From Treponemataceae bacterium (GTDB lineage Bacteria; Bacteroidota; Bacteroidia; Bacteroidales; UBA932), in NCBI GenBank assembly GCA_963635625.1, contig CAVHGF010000001.1, positions 6,239 through 70,238 on the forward strand: 64,000 nt of DNA, written 5' to 3'. Positions 52,106-61,623 of the stretch are shown piece by piece (the first letter of the stretch is position 1; every line of letters starts with the position of its first letter). The translations under genes were made by a program, and so were the position numbers. Below the pieces are notes generated by a model. It was not told where the DNA came from. It saw only the letters and a program-made list of their open reading frames with translations, and made no database searches.

Positions 52106-53119
52106 ATGAAAAAAAATCAGATTTACACCTGCATAGTTTTGCTTTGTGCATTGGCGACAAGCTGTACGGACAACAATTATTACCGCCTGTCAGGTTATGC
52201 CCAGGGCGGTGTCTATAATGTAAAATATAAAGGTGCTGACGAAAAGCCCGGCGTACTGCAAGTTCAAGTGGACAGCCTGCTGAAAGAAATCGACTTCACG
52301 CTTTCAGGATACAATCAGAATTCGCTCCTGAGCCATTTCAATGCCGGAGATACCATCACTCTCACACCTATGTTCGCCAGAATGTACGAATTGTCCTTCG
52401 ACACGTGGAAAGAATCGCAGGGCGCCTTCGATCCGGCCTATGCTCCGCTCTACAACATCTGGGGATTCGGATTCAAATCCAGCCGATTCCCGGAAGAAGA
52501 CGAGATAAAGGCCTGCCTTGACACGTATGGTATGGACAAACTGAAAGACCCGTCGCAAATCAACGCCCTTGTCGGGAAACGCATTACGGGACAAGACTTT
52601 CTCAAAGACAAAGGATCTACCCTGCCACAGTTGAATTTCAACGCGATAGCCCAAGGCTTCAGCTGCGATCTCATAGCGGAACTTCTCGAATCACACCACA
52701 CGACGGACTACCTGATAGACATAGGTGAAATTTTCTGCAAAGGGAACGGGCCAAGCGGCAAAGGATGGACCATAGGCATAGACAATCCTGCAGACGGGAA
52801 CAATACACCGGGAGCGGACATCAGGCAAACGTGGAATTCGGCCGGGGAAACCGTAGGCGTGGTAACATCAGGAAACTACCGTAAATTCTACATAAAGGAC
52901 GGGAAGAAGTATTCTCACACGATAGATCCGAAAACCGGGCGTCCGGTATCTCATAATCTATTGAGCGCCACCGTAATAGCCAGTACCGCCAGCACCGCGG
53001 ACGCACTTGCCACTTTCTTTATGGTGATAGGGGACGGGAAGGCCAGGGAATATCTGTCTTCACATCCTGAAATCAAAGCCTGCCTCATAACGGAGGAAGG
53101 AGTGTGGACCAACTGGTAG
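52106..53119 (+). CDS. apbE: FAD:protein FMN transferase (lipoprotein)
   Basis: Lipobox ATSC; GAFDP, NAIAQG, TSGNYR, HTIDPKTG and ADALAT. Confidence 0.92.
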   Translation: MKKNQIYTCIVLLCALATSCTDNNYYRLSGYAQGGVYNVKYKGADEKPGVLQVQVDSLLKEIDFTLSGYNQNSLLSHFNAGDTITLTPMFARMYELSFDTWKESQGAFDPAYAPLYNIWGFGFKSSRFPEEDEIKACLDTYGMDKLKDPSQINALVGKRITGQDFLKDKGSTLPQLNFNAIAQGFSCDLIAELLESHHTTDYLIDIGEIFCKGNGPSGKGWTIGIDNPADGNNTPGADIRQTWNSAGETVGVVTSGNYRKFYIKDGKKYSHTIDPKTGRPVSHNLLSATVIASTASTADALATFFMVIGDGKAREYLSSHPEIKACLITEEGVWTNW

Positions 53120-53122
53120 AAG

Positions 53123-54751
53123 TCAGATTTCCACCACCTTGTCAGCGAGATCAGCTACGACCATTCTATGCGTTATACAGATTATGGTCTTGCTCTTGTA
53201 ATACCTCTCGTGCAGTCTTTCAAGCAGCGTCATTTCAGTGGCGGGATCCAGCGCTGATGTAGATTCATCCAGAATGAGTATGCCGCCTTCCTTCAAAAGA
53301 GCGCGCGCTATGGCGATGCGCTGACATTGGCCTTCGCTAAGACCCCTTCCCACCTCGTTGCAGACCGTATCCATACCGGAAGGCAAATCGAAGACGAAAT
53401 CTGCGGCGGCGAGATGCAGCACGTCCGAGAGCATCTGCTCGCTGGCGGCAGGATTGGCAAGAAGAAGATTTTCGCGAATGGTGCCGCTCAAAAGCGAATT
53501 GCCCTGAGGCACATACATAAAATTGGAACGGGTATGAGGCCCGACCTCTTCAGTTACGGGGCCGTTGGATATGGTTATATGCCCGGAGTCCGGTTTCAGA
53601 ACGCCGAGTATCAGACTTGCCAATGTACTCTTGCCCTTCCCCGTAGGGCCGCACACTGCCGTAAGCTCTCCGGCCGGGAAATCGCACGAAAAATCACGGA
53701 AAATATCTTTGTTCCCGTCATAAGAAAAGGTCAGATTCCGCACGGACAAGGACAGATTCCCTTTGAGAATTTTGACTTCCGAACTGAATTCCCGGGCCAT
53801 TTCATCTATATCCATAAGTCTTTCCTGAGCGGAAAGAGCCTTTATGAAGGAAGGGATATATGATGCCATATCCGCCACCGGACGCTGCACCTGACCGACA
53901 AGCTGAAGGAAAGCCACCATAAGTCCATAAGTCACGGTACCGTTTTTGAGACCATAGACTCCCCACAGAAAGGCCGTGAGATACCCGGCCGTGAATCCCA
54001 GCTGCATAAAAAGCCTGGAAATCGCCGAATAGTTGAGCTTTTCCCTGGTCTTTTCCATCTCCCTCGCCTGATAGGCATCCAATTTACCCTCAACGATATC
54101 CTCTGCTCCGAGAGTCTTTACAAGGACACGGCTTTGAAGATGTTCCTGCATATGTCCCTGTATCTTTCCGTCTATGCCGCGAAGCTCCAGAGACAGCGCG
54201 CGAAGTTTCCTGAAGAAAAGGCGCGATCCTATCACGGCGACCGGCATTATCCAGACGATGACCCAGGCAAGCGTGGAAGAAAAAGAAAAGAGCATCACAC
54301 ACGCGCACACCAATTGGACTATGGTGACGGCCACGGAAGGGAAAGTCACGCACAGAAATTCGCTGACTATCCTTATGTCTTCCTCCAGACGGTTCACTAT
54401 GTCGGCGCTATGGAATTTGTCCTTTCCCATCCACCTGCTGCACAAGGCCTTGTCGAATGCGTTCTTCCTTATGGAGAGCTTCGCCTTTATGGTAATCTCG
54501 CCCTCCACCCTCTTCGAGATGACACGGAAGAGGATCTGGAGAAGCATTATCCCGACCAATATCGTAACCGCACCGCCGAGAGGGGCCCCGTCCACTCCTG
54601 TCGCTATGTCGACGACTTTCTTACTGTACCAGACAAAGGCCAATGAACACGCCACGCCTCCGAGATACAAGGCGCTGCATCCCAAAACCTGAGGAAGAAT
54701 GGGACGAAGAAGAGACAACAAGCCCTTGAAACAAGCCCTGAAGTCTTTCAT
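53123..54751 (-). CDS. ABC exporter (fused TMD-NBD, no peptidase domain)
   Basis: About 6 TM segments; GPTGKGKS, LSEGQCQRIAIARA, LDESTSALD and ITHR. ATG at 54751 overlaps the PqqD stop (TAATG). Confidence 0.92.
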   Translation of the reverse strand: MKDFRACFKGLLSLLRPILPQVLGCSALYLGGVACSLAFVWYSKKVVDIATGVDGAPLGGAVTILVGIMLLQILFRVISKRVEGEITIKAKLSIRKNAFDKALCSRWMGKDKFHSADIVNRLEEDIRIVSEFLCVTFPSVAVTIVQLVCACVMLFSFSSTLAWVIVWIMPVAVIGSRLFFRKLRALSLELRGIDGKIQGHMQEHLQSRVLVKTLGAEDIVEGKLDAYQAREMEKTREKLNYSAISRLFMQLGFTAGYLTAFLWGVYGLKNGTVTYGLMVAFLQLVGQVQRPVADMASYIPSFIKALSAQERLMDIDEMAREFSSEVKILKGNLSLSVRNLTFSYDGNKDIFRDFSCDFPAGELTAVCGPTGKGKSTLASLILGVLKPDSGHITISNGPVTEEVGPHTRSNFMYVPQGNSLLSGTIRENLLLANPAASEQMLSDVLHLAAADFVFDLPSGMDTVCNEVGRGLSEGQCQRIAIARALLKEGGILILDESTSALDPATEMTLLERLHERYYKSKTIICITHRMVVADLADKVVEI

Positions 54752-55017
54752 TATTCGACAACACCCACTTCCTGCCACTTGGCAAGAAGATCCCGTGCAT
54801 CAGAGAGCGCCCTCTCGGGAGCCACATCATACTTGTCCGACAGCAGATCCGCGAGACCCTGAGCATCGAACTCCTTGCCCTGTACAGCTTCCCAAAGATA
54901 AGCCGCGGTCTCGTTAAGCGAGAGCATCTTGTTGAAATTGACAAGCTTGGCACCTTCCGGCACCACCACATTCTCCCCGCAGATCTTTCTTAATTTAAAA
55001 CCTTCTACTATTTTCAT
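54751..55017 (-). CDS. PqqD family protein / RiPP recognition element
   Basis: 88 aa: FKLRKICGENVVV...LNETAAYLWE...YDV....A..D...L..W...GVV. Confidence 0.88.
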   Translation of the reverse strand: MKIVEGFKLRKICGENVVVPEGAKLVNFNKMLSLNETAAYLWEAVQGKEFDAQGLADLLSDKYDVAPERALSDARDLLAKWQEVGVVE

Positions 55018-55460
55018 ATTCTGATTCTCCTATATATCGCCAATACTATTCTCCTGAAAATATATGGTGAACGCACCCACCTGCGGACACTTCTCTTATA
55101 CCTCGCATCCGAGACATCCACCACCTTTCGCCCGTCTTTCCTGCTTATCGATATGACCTTCCCCTTGACATCGCCCACAAGACATCTTTCACGTCCTGTC
55201 AAATTACCGTCTCCCTTAAGGGTAACCCTATCTCCGTCAATGCTTTCCACGCGATGAAGAACATAATTCCCGCCGGACAGCCTGGCCAATACCGCATCGC
55301 CGCAGGCAAATCCTTCTTTTCTGAGAGTGACGCTGTCTTTTCCACCTTCGATAAAGGGGCGCATACTGCCGCCCTTCACCACGAAAGACACGTCCTTGCC
55401 CTGATCAAGCAGTTCGCAGATATGGGCGAAGAAAATCTCGTTAGGAACCACCAGACTCAT
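55014..55460 (-). CDS. S24/S26 family peptidase (Ser-His type, no TM anchor)
   Basis: VKGGSMRPFI, GDAVL, YVLHRV and KGDGN; ATG at 55460. Confidence 0.82.
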   Translation of the reverse strand: MSLVVPNEIFFAHICELLDQGKDVSFVVKGGSMRPFIEGGKDSVTLRKEGFACGDAVLARLSGGNYVLHRVESIDGDRVTLKGDGNLTGRERCLVGDVKGKVISISRKDGRKVVDVSDARYKRSVRRWVRSPYIFRRIVLAIYRRIRI

Positions 55461-56326
55461 CTGCACACGGCCTCCCTGCACGTAAATGCCGCCTGAGCAT
55501 CCGGAAGACATTCCAAAGTGAAACACTTCACTCCGGACACCACCTTCTCTATGGTATCGTTGATGGCGTCACCCATTGTACTTTCGAACTTGATTCCCGA
55601 CGAAGACGAATAGATGATGGCGTATGAATGCACGACATCCAGTCTCAATGCCCTGTTTTCCTTTGCACGCTTTATCTGCACCATAGCCCCGACAGGATAA
55701 TTCTCATTGACATAACAAGGCGTCTTGCCGCTCCACGGAGAACCGTAGACACGCACCTGTCCGTCTTCAAGGACTCTCACTATGGGATTGTCGTCATTGA
55801 GAAGATGGCACCCCTCTATATTCTCCAGCCACATCCTGCTTTGCGTGCTTTTACCCGTACCGCTCTTCGCCAGAAAAAGATATGCCTTACCCTCATATGC
55901 GATCACGGAAGCGTGCATCTCAAGCGTGTGCATCCCCGCCGTACGGAAAGCATATTGAAGCATAAGGGCGTTGTTCAGGGCGAAAAGCGCCTCCTTCGGA
56001 TTCAGAATCTGCAGATGCGAGTCGCTGAAATCCTCGTTGAGCAAAAGTCTCATAGATACAGGCCTTAGCGGCGTAGAGGAAGATTCAAACATCCAGTCCG
56101 TACCCTTTCTATAGATGGTTATCTTGGTTTCACCGGGCTCGGCGCTCTGGTCATAATATAAAGTGCGCCCGCCTACGTCTATCTCATCTTCCAGAGAAAG
56201 ACGGAAAACGGGCTCCGCATCTTCCACAAAAAAAGGATCATACTGTCCCATTTTCTCCCACAAAGGGCAATCGGATGGAAGTATGACCCTGAAATTATGT
56301 CCTGCTACCGAGAAATCTTTTTTCAT
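55457..56326 (-). CDS. HPr kinase-like P-loop kinase
   Basis: HAS, AKSGTGKST, LLNDD and SPWSGKTPC. Confidence 0.78.
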   Translation of the reverse strand: MKKDFSVAGHNFRVILPSDCPLWEKMGQYDPFFVEDAEPVFRLSLEDEIDVGGRTLYYDQSAEPGETKITIYRKGTDWMFESSSTPLRPVSMRLLLNEDFSDSHLQILNPKEALFALNNALMLQYAFRTAGMHTLEMHASVIAYEGKAYLFLAKSGTGKSTQSRMWLENIEGCHLLNDDNPIVRVLEDGQVRVYGSPWSGKTPCYVNENYPVGAMVQIKRAKENRALRLDVVHSYAIIYSSSSGIKFESTMGDAINDTIEKVVSGVKCFTLECLPDAQAAFTCREAVCR

Positions 56327-56364
56327 AGCCTCAAATATACGAAAGAAGTCCCGAATAACAGCAA

Positions 56365-58206
56365 TTATTTTACACGCATCGCTCTCAAGGCATTCAAAAT
56401 GGCTATCACGGTAACGCCTACGTCAGCGAACACGGCCTCCCACATATTGGCCAGGCCAAGCGCTCCCAAAAGCAGGAACAGCAGCTTCACCCCTATCGCG
56501 AATATTATGTTCTGCATCACGATGGAATGCGTCTTGCGGGCGATTTTCACTCCTTCCGGGAGTTTGATGGGATCATCATCCATCAAGACGATATCCGCCG
56601 CCTCTATGGCCGCATCGCTGCCTACACCGCCCATAGCTATCCCCAAATCCGCCAATTTCAACACGGGCGCGTCATTGATGCCGTCTCCGACAAAAGCCAA
56701 CGTACCTTCCGGATCAGCACTTTTAAGAGCCTGCACCTTTTCGACCTTTCCTGCAGGAAGAAGTCCTGCATACACTTCGTCCAGGCCAATCTCCTCACCC
56801 ACTTCCGAAGCTACTTCAGCGCGATCTCCCGTGAGCATAATGCATTTTTTCACCCCGCAGGAACGAAGCAGTTCAACTGCGCTTTTCGAATCAGGTTTCA
56901 CGCTGTCGGACACCACGATATAACCAAGATACTCCCCATCCGCACTGACATAAACCACCGTACCGGTCTTTTTCGCCTCACCACACCGGACACCTGCACG
57001 CAGCATAAGCTTTTCATTCCCGGCATAAACCTTCCGCCCGTCGATTTCAGCGCATATGCCTTCCCCGGCAATATTCGTCACGCCGCTCACCCTGCTCTTG
57101 TCAAGAGAAGACTTGCAGGCGGCTCTGAGTGAGACGGCAACGGGATGATCCGAATAAACCTCGGCGAGAGCGGCCAACTCAAGAAGAGAATCCGTATCCG
57201 CATCGCAAGCGTAAATGTCACTCACGCAGAAATTGCCCTTTGTCAAAGTTCCTGTCTTGTCGAAAACAAAAGTATCGACCTTCGCCAGAAGTTCCAGATA
57301 ATTCGACCCTTTCACAAGTATGCCTTTTCTCGAAGCCCCGCCTATCCCGGCAAAAAACGTCAGCGGTATGGATATGACCAAGGCGCAAGGACAGGAAATA
57401 ACCAGAAATATCAAAGCCCTGTGAAGCCACGTGATCCACTCTCCTCCGGTAAACAAAGGCGGAAGAAGAGCAAGCAGGACTGCCCCGGCTACCACGACGG
57501 GAGTATAAACCTTGGCAAAACGGGTAATGAATTTCTCACTGCTTGCCTTGCCGGTCTGTGCATTTTCCACGAGATCCAGAATCTTGGACACAGTCGAATC
57601 TCCGAATGTGCTGACCGTTTTTATCTTCAACAAACCGGTCAAATTCACGCTTCCGCTGAGAACCTCGTCTCCCTCGCCCACCTCGCGCGGAAGGCTTTCG
57701 CCTGTCAATGCTGCCGTGTCCAGAGAAGAATTACCGCTGAACACCTTTCCGTCTATAGGAATCTTCTCCCCCGGCTTCACCACTATAATATCCCCTACAG
57801 CCACCTGATCGGGAGATACAGAGCGAAGCGAACCGCCATCTTCGATATTGGCATAATCAGGACGTATGTCCATAAGATTCGATATGGACTCACGGCTCCT
57901 GTCCACCGCAATGTCAGAAAAAAGTTCCCCTATCTGGTAGAAGAACATCACTGCCACAGCTTCCGGGTATTCCCCTATGGCGAAAGCTCCTATGGTGGCG
58001 AGCGCCATAAGGAAATGCTCGTCGAACAATTCCCCGTGCAGGATGCCTTTTACGGCCTCGTACACCACGTCAGCACCCACTGACAAATAAGCGATTACAC
58101 AAAGGATCAGCTTGGCAAGGTCTCCAAGAGGGAGAAACAATACACCTGAGAGAAGCAGTGCACACAGGACGATGCGACCTATCATTATCTTTTGCTCTTT
58201 TTCCAT
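56365..58206 (-). CDS. Heavy-metal P1B-type ATPase (Zn/Cd, CadA/ZntA-like)
   Basis: TGES, SCPCAL, DKTGT, HP, GDGIND, Lys in TM7 (GVKL) and ADVG in TM8. Confidence 0.93.
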   Translation of the reverse strand: MEKEQKIMIGRIVLCALLLSGVLFLPLGDLAKLILCVIAYLSVGADVVYEAVKGILHGELFDEHFLMALATIGAFAIGEYPEAVAVMFFYQIGELFSDIAVDRSRESISNLMDIRPDYANIEDGGSLRSVSPDQVAVGDIIVVKPGEKIPIDGKVFSGNSSLDTAALTGESLPREVGEGDEVLSGSVNLTGLLKIKTVSTFGDSTVSKILDLVENAQTGKASSEKFITRFAKVYTPVVVAGAVLLALLPPLFTGGEWITWLHRALIFLVISCPCALVISIPLTFFAGIGGASRKGILVKGSNYLELLAKVDTFVFDKTGTLTKGNFCVSDIYACDADTDSLLELAALAEVYSDHPVAVSLRAACKSSLDKSRVSGVTNIAGEGICAEIDGRKVYAGNEKLMLRAGVRCGEAKKTGTVVYVSADGEYLGYIVVSDSVKPDSKSAVELLRSCGVKKCIMLTGDRAEVASEVGEEIGLDEVYAGLLPAGKVEKVQALKSADPEGTLAFVGDGINDAPVLKLADLGIAMGGVGSDAAIEAADIVLMDDDPIKLPEGVKIARKTHSIVMQNIIFAIGVKLLFLLLGALGLANMWEAVFADVGVTVIAILNALRAMRVK

Positions 58207-58228
58207 AACGCAAGTTATTTTACGGGAG

Positions 58229-58262
58229 CAAAGATATGCAGCTGCGGGCGCAACCGGGTTGC
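58229..58262 (-). promoter_or_regulatory. ATPase promoter -7 box (TATCTTTG) with upstream palindrome GCAAC-N3-GTTGC
   Basis: caaagata at 58229-58236; GCAACCGGGTTGC at 58250-58262. Confidence 0.55.
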
Positions 58263-58266
58263 AATA

Positions 58267-58689
58267 CTATTTCGAAGTGCAGGCGGGACAGATTCCCTTG
58301 AGAAGATACTCCACTTCGTGAAGTTCGAAGCCTTCCGGATAATGGACTATAGGGATATGCGTATTCTCAAGACAATAAGTCTTATGACATTTTTCGCAAT
58401 AGAAGTGACAGTGCAGTTCCTCCACCTCACAGGTATGGTCGTTATGACAGTAACAATATTTGGTGGAGCCGCTGCCGTCCTCGGTCTCGTGTACGAGATG
58501 ATGCTGTGCGAAAAGAGTCAGAGTTCTGAATATGGTCGACTTGTCCACGCTTTCAAGTTCCGTCTCCAGATCGGTAAGGCTGAACGTGTCGTGATACGCT
58601 GAAATGACACGAAGAACAAGGATTCTTACCGCAGTCGGTCTTACTCCGTGTTCTTCGAGTGTCTGTTCATATTTTTCCAATTCTGCCAT
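58267..58689 (-). CDS. Fur family transcriptional regulator
   Basis: GVRPTAVR, STIFRTL, HCHFYCEKC and GICPAC; ATG at 58689. Confidence 0.9.
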   Translation of the reverse strand: MAELEKYEQTLEEHGVRPTAVRILVLRVISAYHDTFSLTDLETELESVDKSTIFRTLTLFAQHHLVHETEDGSGSTKYCYCHNDHTCEVEELHCHFYCEKCHKTYCLENTHIPIVHYPEGFELHEVEYLLKGICPACTSK

Positions 58690-58714
58690 AAGTAATGGCA
58701 AATATAATAAAAAA

Positions 58715-61618
58715 CTATCTCATTGGTGGTGGACCGCCCGGACCTCCGGGACCGCCGTGGCCGCCTCGGTTATTGCCGAAATTACCGAAACGATATGTCA
58801 GCGAAAGGATTATATAACGTCCAAGGGTATTGTTCACCGACTCCGTGTGATAATTGGCAGTGTCGGTTACGGTAAGGTTTTTCGCCTGTCCCAGAATGTC
58901 GTATCCCTTGAGAGCCACGGTCATCTTCTTGTTGAAAAGCTGCTTCTGGATTTCGAGATTGAGCACGTACTCATCCGGCTGCTTGGTCGAATAACCGTTG
59001 TACCAGTTATAGTTGAACTCTCCCTTGGCGCTGAGTCCGACCAAATCCCAAGTCCACGTGGCCGTGGTACGGATCTGATTGTTGAAAGTGCGTGTCTTCT
59101 CGTTCACGTTGTCAAGCGTATAACGGCTTGAATTCATTCTTGTTCTGGCGCTGAGTTCCACCTCGAGGGCGTCGTTGCGGTACTTGCCTGACATACGTTC
59201 GGTGAAGTTGAACGATTTGGTTCCGTTGCTCACCAGCTTCGAATGAATCTCGTCGTAATCGCCGAAGAAGACGTCATAATCCAGCGATCCGTCCTCCTTT
59301 ATATATTTGGAAGTGTCTATTCCGTTGCCCACGAAGTTCTCGGACTGACTCCATCCGACACGGGTCATATTCATAAATGTGAATCCCGTTTTCTTTATCG
59401 GAAGATTCAAATAGACGTTGAAATTGGCAGAGAAGTTTGAAGTTCCGTTAACCGGCATAGTATAGGCGATACCGTTGGTGTACCAGGTAGCATTTACTAT
59501 AGGGTTGTCGTTATATGTCGCATCCCAACGGGCGTTGACAGATGCGTAAGTCTGTTTGTTGTTGTATCTTACGTCACCGCGAAGCTGATGCGAGAAATAA
59601 GGCGACAGGTTAGGGTTACCGAACGAAACGCTCAGAGGGTTCGAATTGTCCGCTATGGTGATGAGCTGCGAAGTGCTCGGCTGGGCGCTTCTGCCGAAAT
59701 AGAATGTCCTGAAACTTCCGTTCTCTCCTAAATTAAAGAAGATCATAGCGTTAGGAGCCCAGTTGACGCGCGTCATCGTGGTATCCACCTGATAAGAAGC
59801 TCCGGAAGAGGTGTAGTTGTGCGTCTTGGTAGGTTTGGCCGCCATACCGACCTGAACCCTGTAACCATCTCCCTGATAAAGTGCGTTTACTCCTATCTCC
59901 TGATTGATATACTCGTTGACTATGCTGTTCGAATAATTGTCTATGGCCGCACCGGTCTGTGCATCGGTCGTGACCTTGTCGGACTGTGACTTGTTCCAGC
60001 TGTAGGAATAATTGGCCTCAAGATAGAAATTCCCGCCGAGAGGCTGGGTGAAGGTCGCATTCCCCCACAGGCTGTAAGAATTCTGATCTTGTGTATATTT
60101 CTGATTTACAATGGAAGAAGTCGATGTTCCGTCCTCAGCGAAAATCTCTGTGGTGGAGTTGTTGTAACCATTCAAATCATTCCTGCTCACGCTGTAATTA
60201 CCCATAATGGTCATCGTCTGACCCGGCATCCAGAGTTTCTGGCGAAGCAGGGCGAAGCCTTCAGTGGAGAGGTTCTTGTTGTCTCCTGCATTGGCCTTCT
60301 TGCTTTCGTTAGTCTTGAGAGTGGATCCGTCAGCCGTATAATATGTGCTGGTGGCGTCCTCGCTGCTCTCGGAGAATGTGCCGTTACCGAAATTGATCTG
60401 CGGCTCGAATATTATGGACGTGTTGTCGGAGAACTTGTGTTCCATACGCATTCCGAACCTGTGGCCCTGGGAATTCGTATTGCTTATACCGTTCGAGTCG
60501 TAAAGAAGATTGGAATCCTCCAGGTATGTCGTTTTCGTAGATGACTCCTGCACGTCCTTGTTCGTGGAATTGTACAGATAGTTGCCGCTGAGGTCCATCT
60601 TGTCATTGAAAAGTGTCGTGCCTCCGTTGAGTCCGGTCATAAAGGAAGTGGTGATACCGTTTCCTCTACCCCAGCCTCCCTGGCCGCGGCCCATTCCGCC
60701 TCCGCGTATAGTGCTCATCATCTCACCGGAAAAATCCCTGAATCCGCGGTCGTTAGTGTTGTTGGCGTTGAAGATGAAAGCGAGCTGCGTCTTCTGCGTG
60801 AATTTGCCCGCAAAAGCGGCTCCCTGATATCTGTAGTCCCCGCTGACATCTGTATTTGGGACGTCGTGTCCGGCACCTGCCGTGGCATTTCCGAAAAATC
60901 CGTTCAGCATTCCAGGCTTCACGGTCAAGTCGATGATGGTTTCTTCCTCACCGTCATCTATCCCTGTGAACTGCGCCTGGTCGGACTTCTTCTCTATGAC
61001 CTTGACCTTGTCCACTATCTTGGCAGGAAGGTTCTTCGAGGCCAATTGAGGATCGTTGAGGAAGAATGTCTTCCCGTCTATCGTTATCTTGTCTATCGAA
61101 CGGCCGTTGTGCGTTATGCTTCCATCTTCGGATATCTCTATGCCGGGGATCTTTTTCAAAAGGTCCTCAAGCATATCATTTTCCGTCGTTTTCACAGATG
61201 AAGCCGTAAACGAGATGGTGTCCGATTTCATCTGGATGGGATTTCCTACGGCTGACACCTTCGCCGCAGCCAGCTGTTCCTCGTTAGGGACGAGCTTCAG
61301 AGTGCCAAGGTTCACGTCGGCATCCTTGACTTCAAATTCCTTTTCGAAAGCCTTGTATCCGAGGAACTCCGCCTTCAGGATATATTTCGAAGGCTTGATT
61401 TCAGCAAGATTCAAGGTTCCATCCTCTTCTGTAAGAGCATACGCAGTAGGCTTTGTGGCGCCGGGCTTGGCTATGACCACCGTCACGAAAGACAATTTTT
61501 CTCCGCTCTGAGAATCTTCGACTACCGCCTTTACGTTGAATGTCTTATTCTGCGCGAACAAGACCGAACTGCTCAGCAAGGCGGCAAAAGCGATTAACAA
61601 TCTTAAGGTAGATTTCAT
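58715..61618 (-). CDS. Outer-membrane beta-barrel protein with CarboxypepD_reg-like and plug-like domains (TonB-dependent-like)
   Basis: Signal peptide; FLGYK, EDLLKKIPG, DGKTFF, GNPNLSP and LSLTYRF; Gly/Pro tail. Confidence 0.85.
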   Translation of the reverse strand: MKSTLRLLIAFAALLSSSVLFAQNKTFNVKAVVEDSQSGEKLSFVTVVIAKPGATKPTAYALTEEDGTLNLAEIKPSKYILKAEFLGYKAFEKEFEVKDADVNLGTLKLVPNEEQLAAAKVSAVGNPIQMKSDTISFTASSVKTTENDMLEDLLKKIPGIEISEDGSITHNGRSIDKITIDGKTFFLNDPQLASKNLPAKIVDKVKVIEKKSDQAQFTGIDDGEEETIIDLTVKPGMLNGFFGNATAGAGHDVPNTDVSGDYRYQGAAFAGKFTQKTQLAFIFNANNTNDRGFRDFSGEMMSTIRGGGMGRGQGGWGRGNGITTSFMTGLNGGTTLFNDKMDLSGNYLYNSTNKDVQESSTKTTYLEDSNLLYDSNGISNTNSQGHRFGMRMEHKFSDNTSIIFEPQINFGNGTFSESSEDATSTYYTADGSTLKTNESKKANAGDNKNLSTEGFALLRQKLWMPGQTMTIMGNYSVSRNDLNGYNNSTTEIFAEDGTSTSSIVNQKYTQDQNSYSLWGNATFTQPLGGNFYLEANYSYSWNKSQSDKVTTDAQTGAAIDNYSNSIVNEYINQEIGVNALYQGDGYRVQVGMAAKPTKTHNYTSSGASYQVDTTMTRVNWAPNAMIFFNLGENGSFRTFYFGRSAQPSTSQLITIADNSNPLSVSFGNPNLSPYFSHQLRGDVRYNNKQTYASVNARWDATYNDNPIVNATWYTNGIAYTMPVNGTSNFSANFNVYLNLPIKKTGFTFMNMTRVGWSQSENFVGNGIDTSKYIKEDGSLDYDVFFGDYDEIHSKLVSNGTKSFNFTERMSGKYRNDALEVELSARTRMNSSRYTLDNVNEKTRTFNNQIRTTATWTWDLVGLSAKGEFNYNWYNGYSTKQPDEYVLNLEIQKQLFNKKMTVALKGYDILGQAKNLTVTDTANYHTESVNNTLGRYIILSLTYRFGNFGNNRGGHGGPGGPGGPPPMR

Positions 61619-61623
61619 ACACA

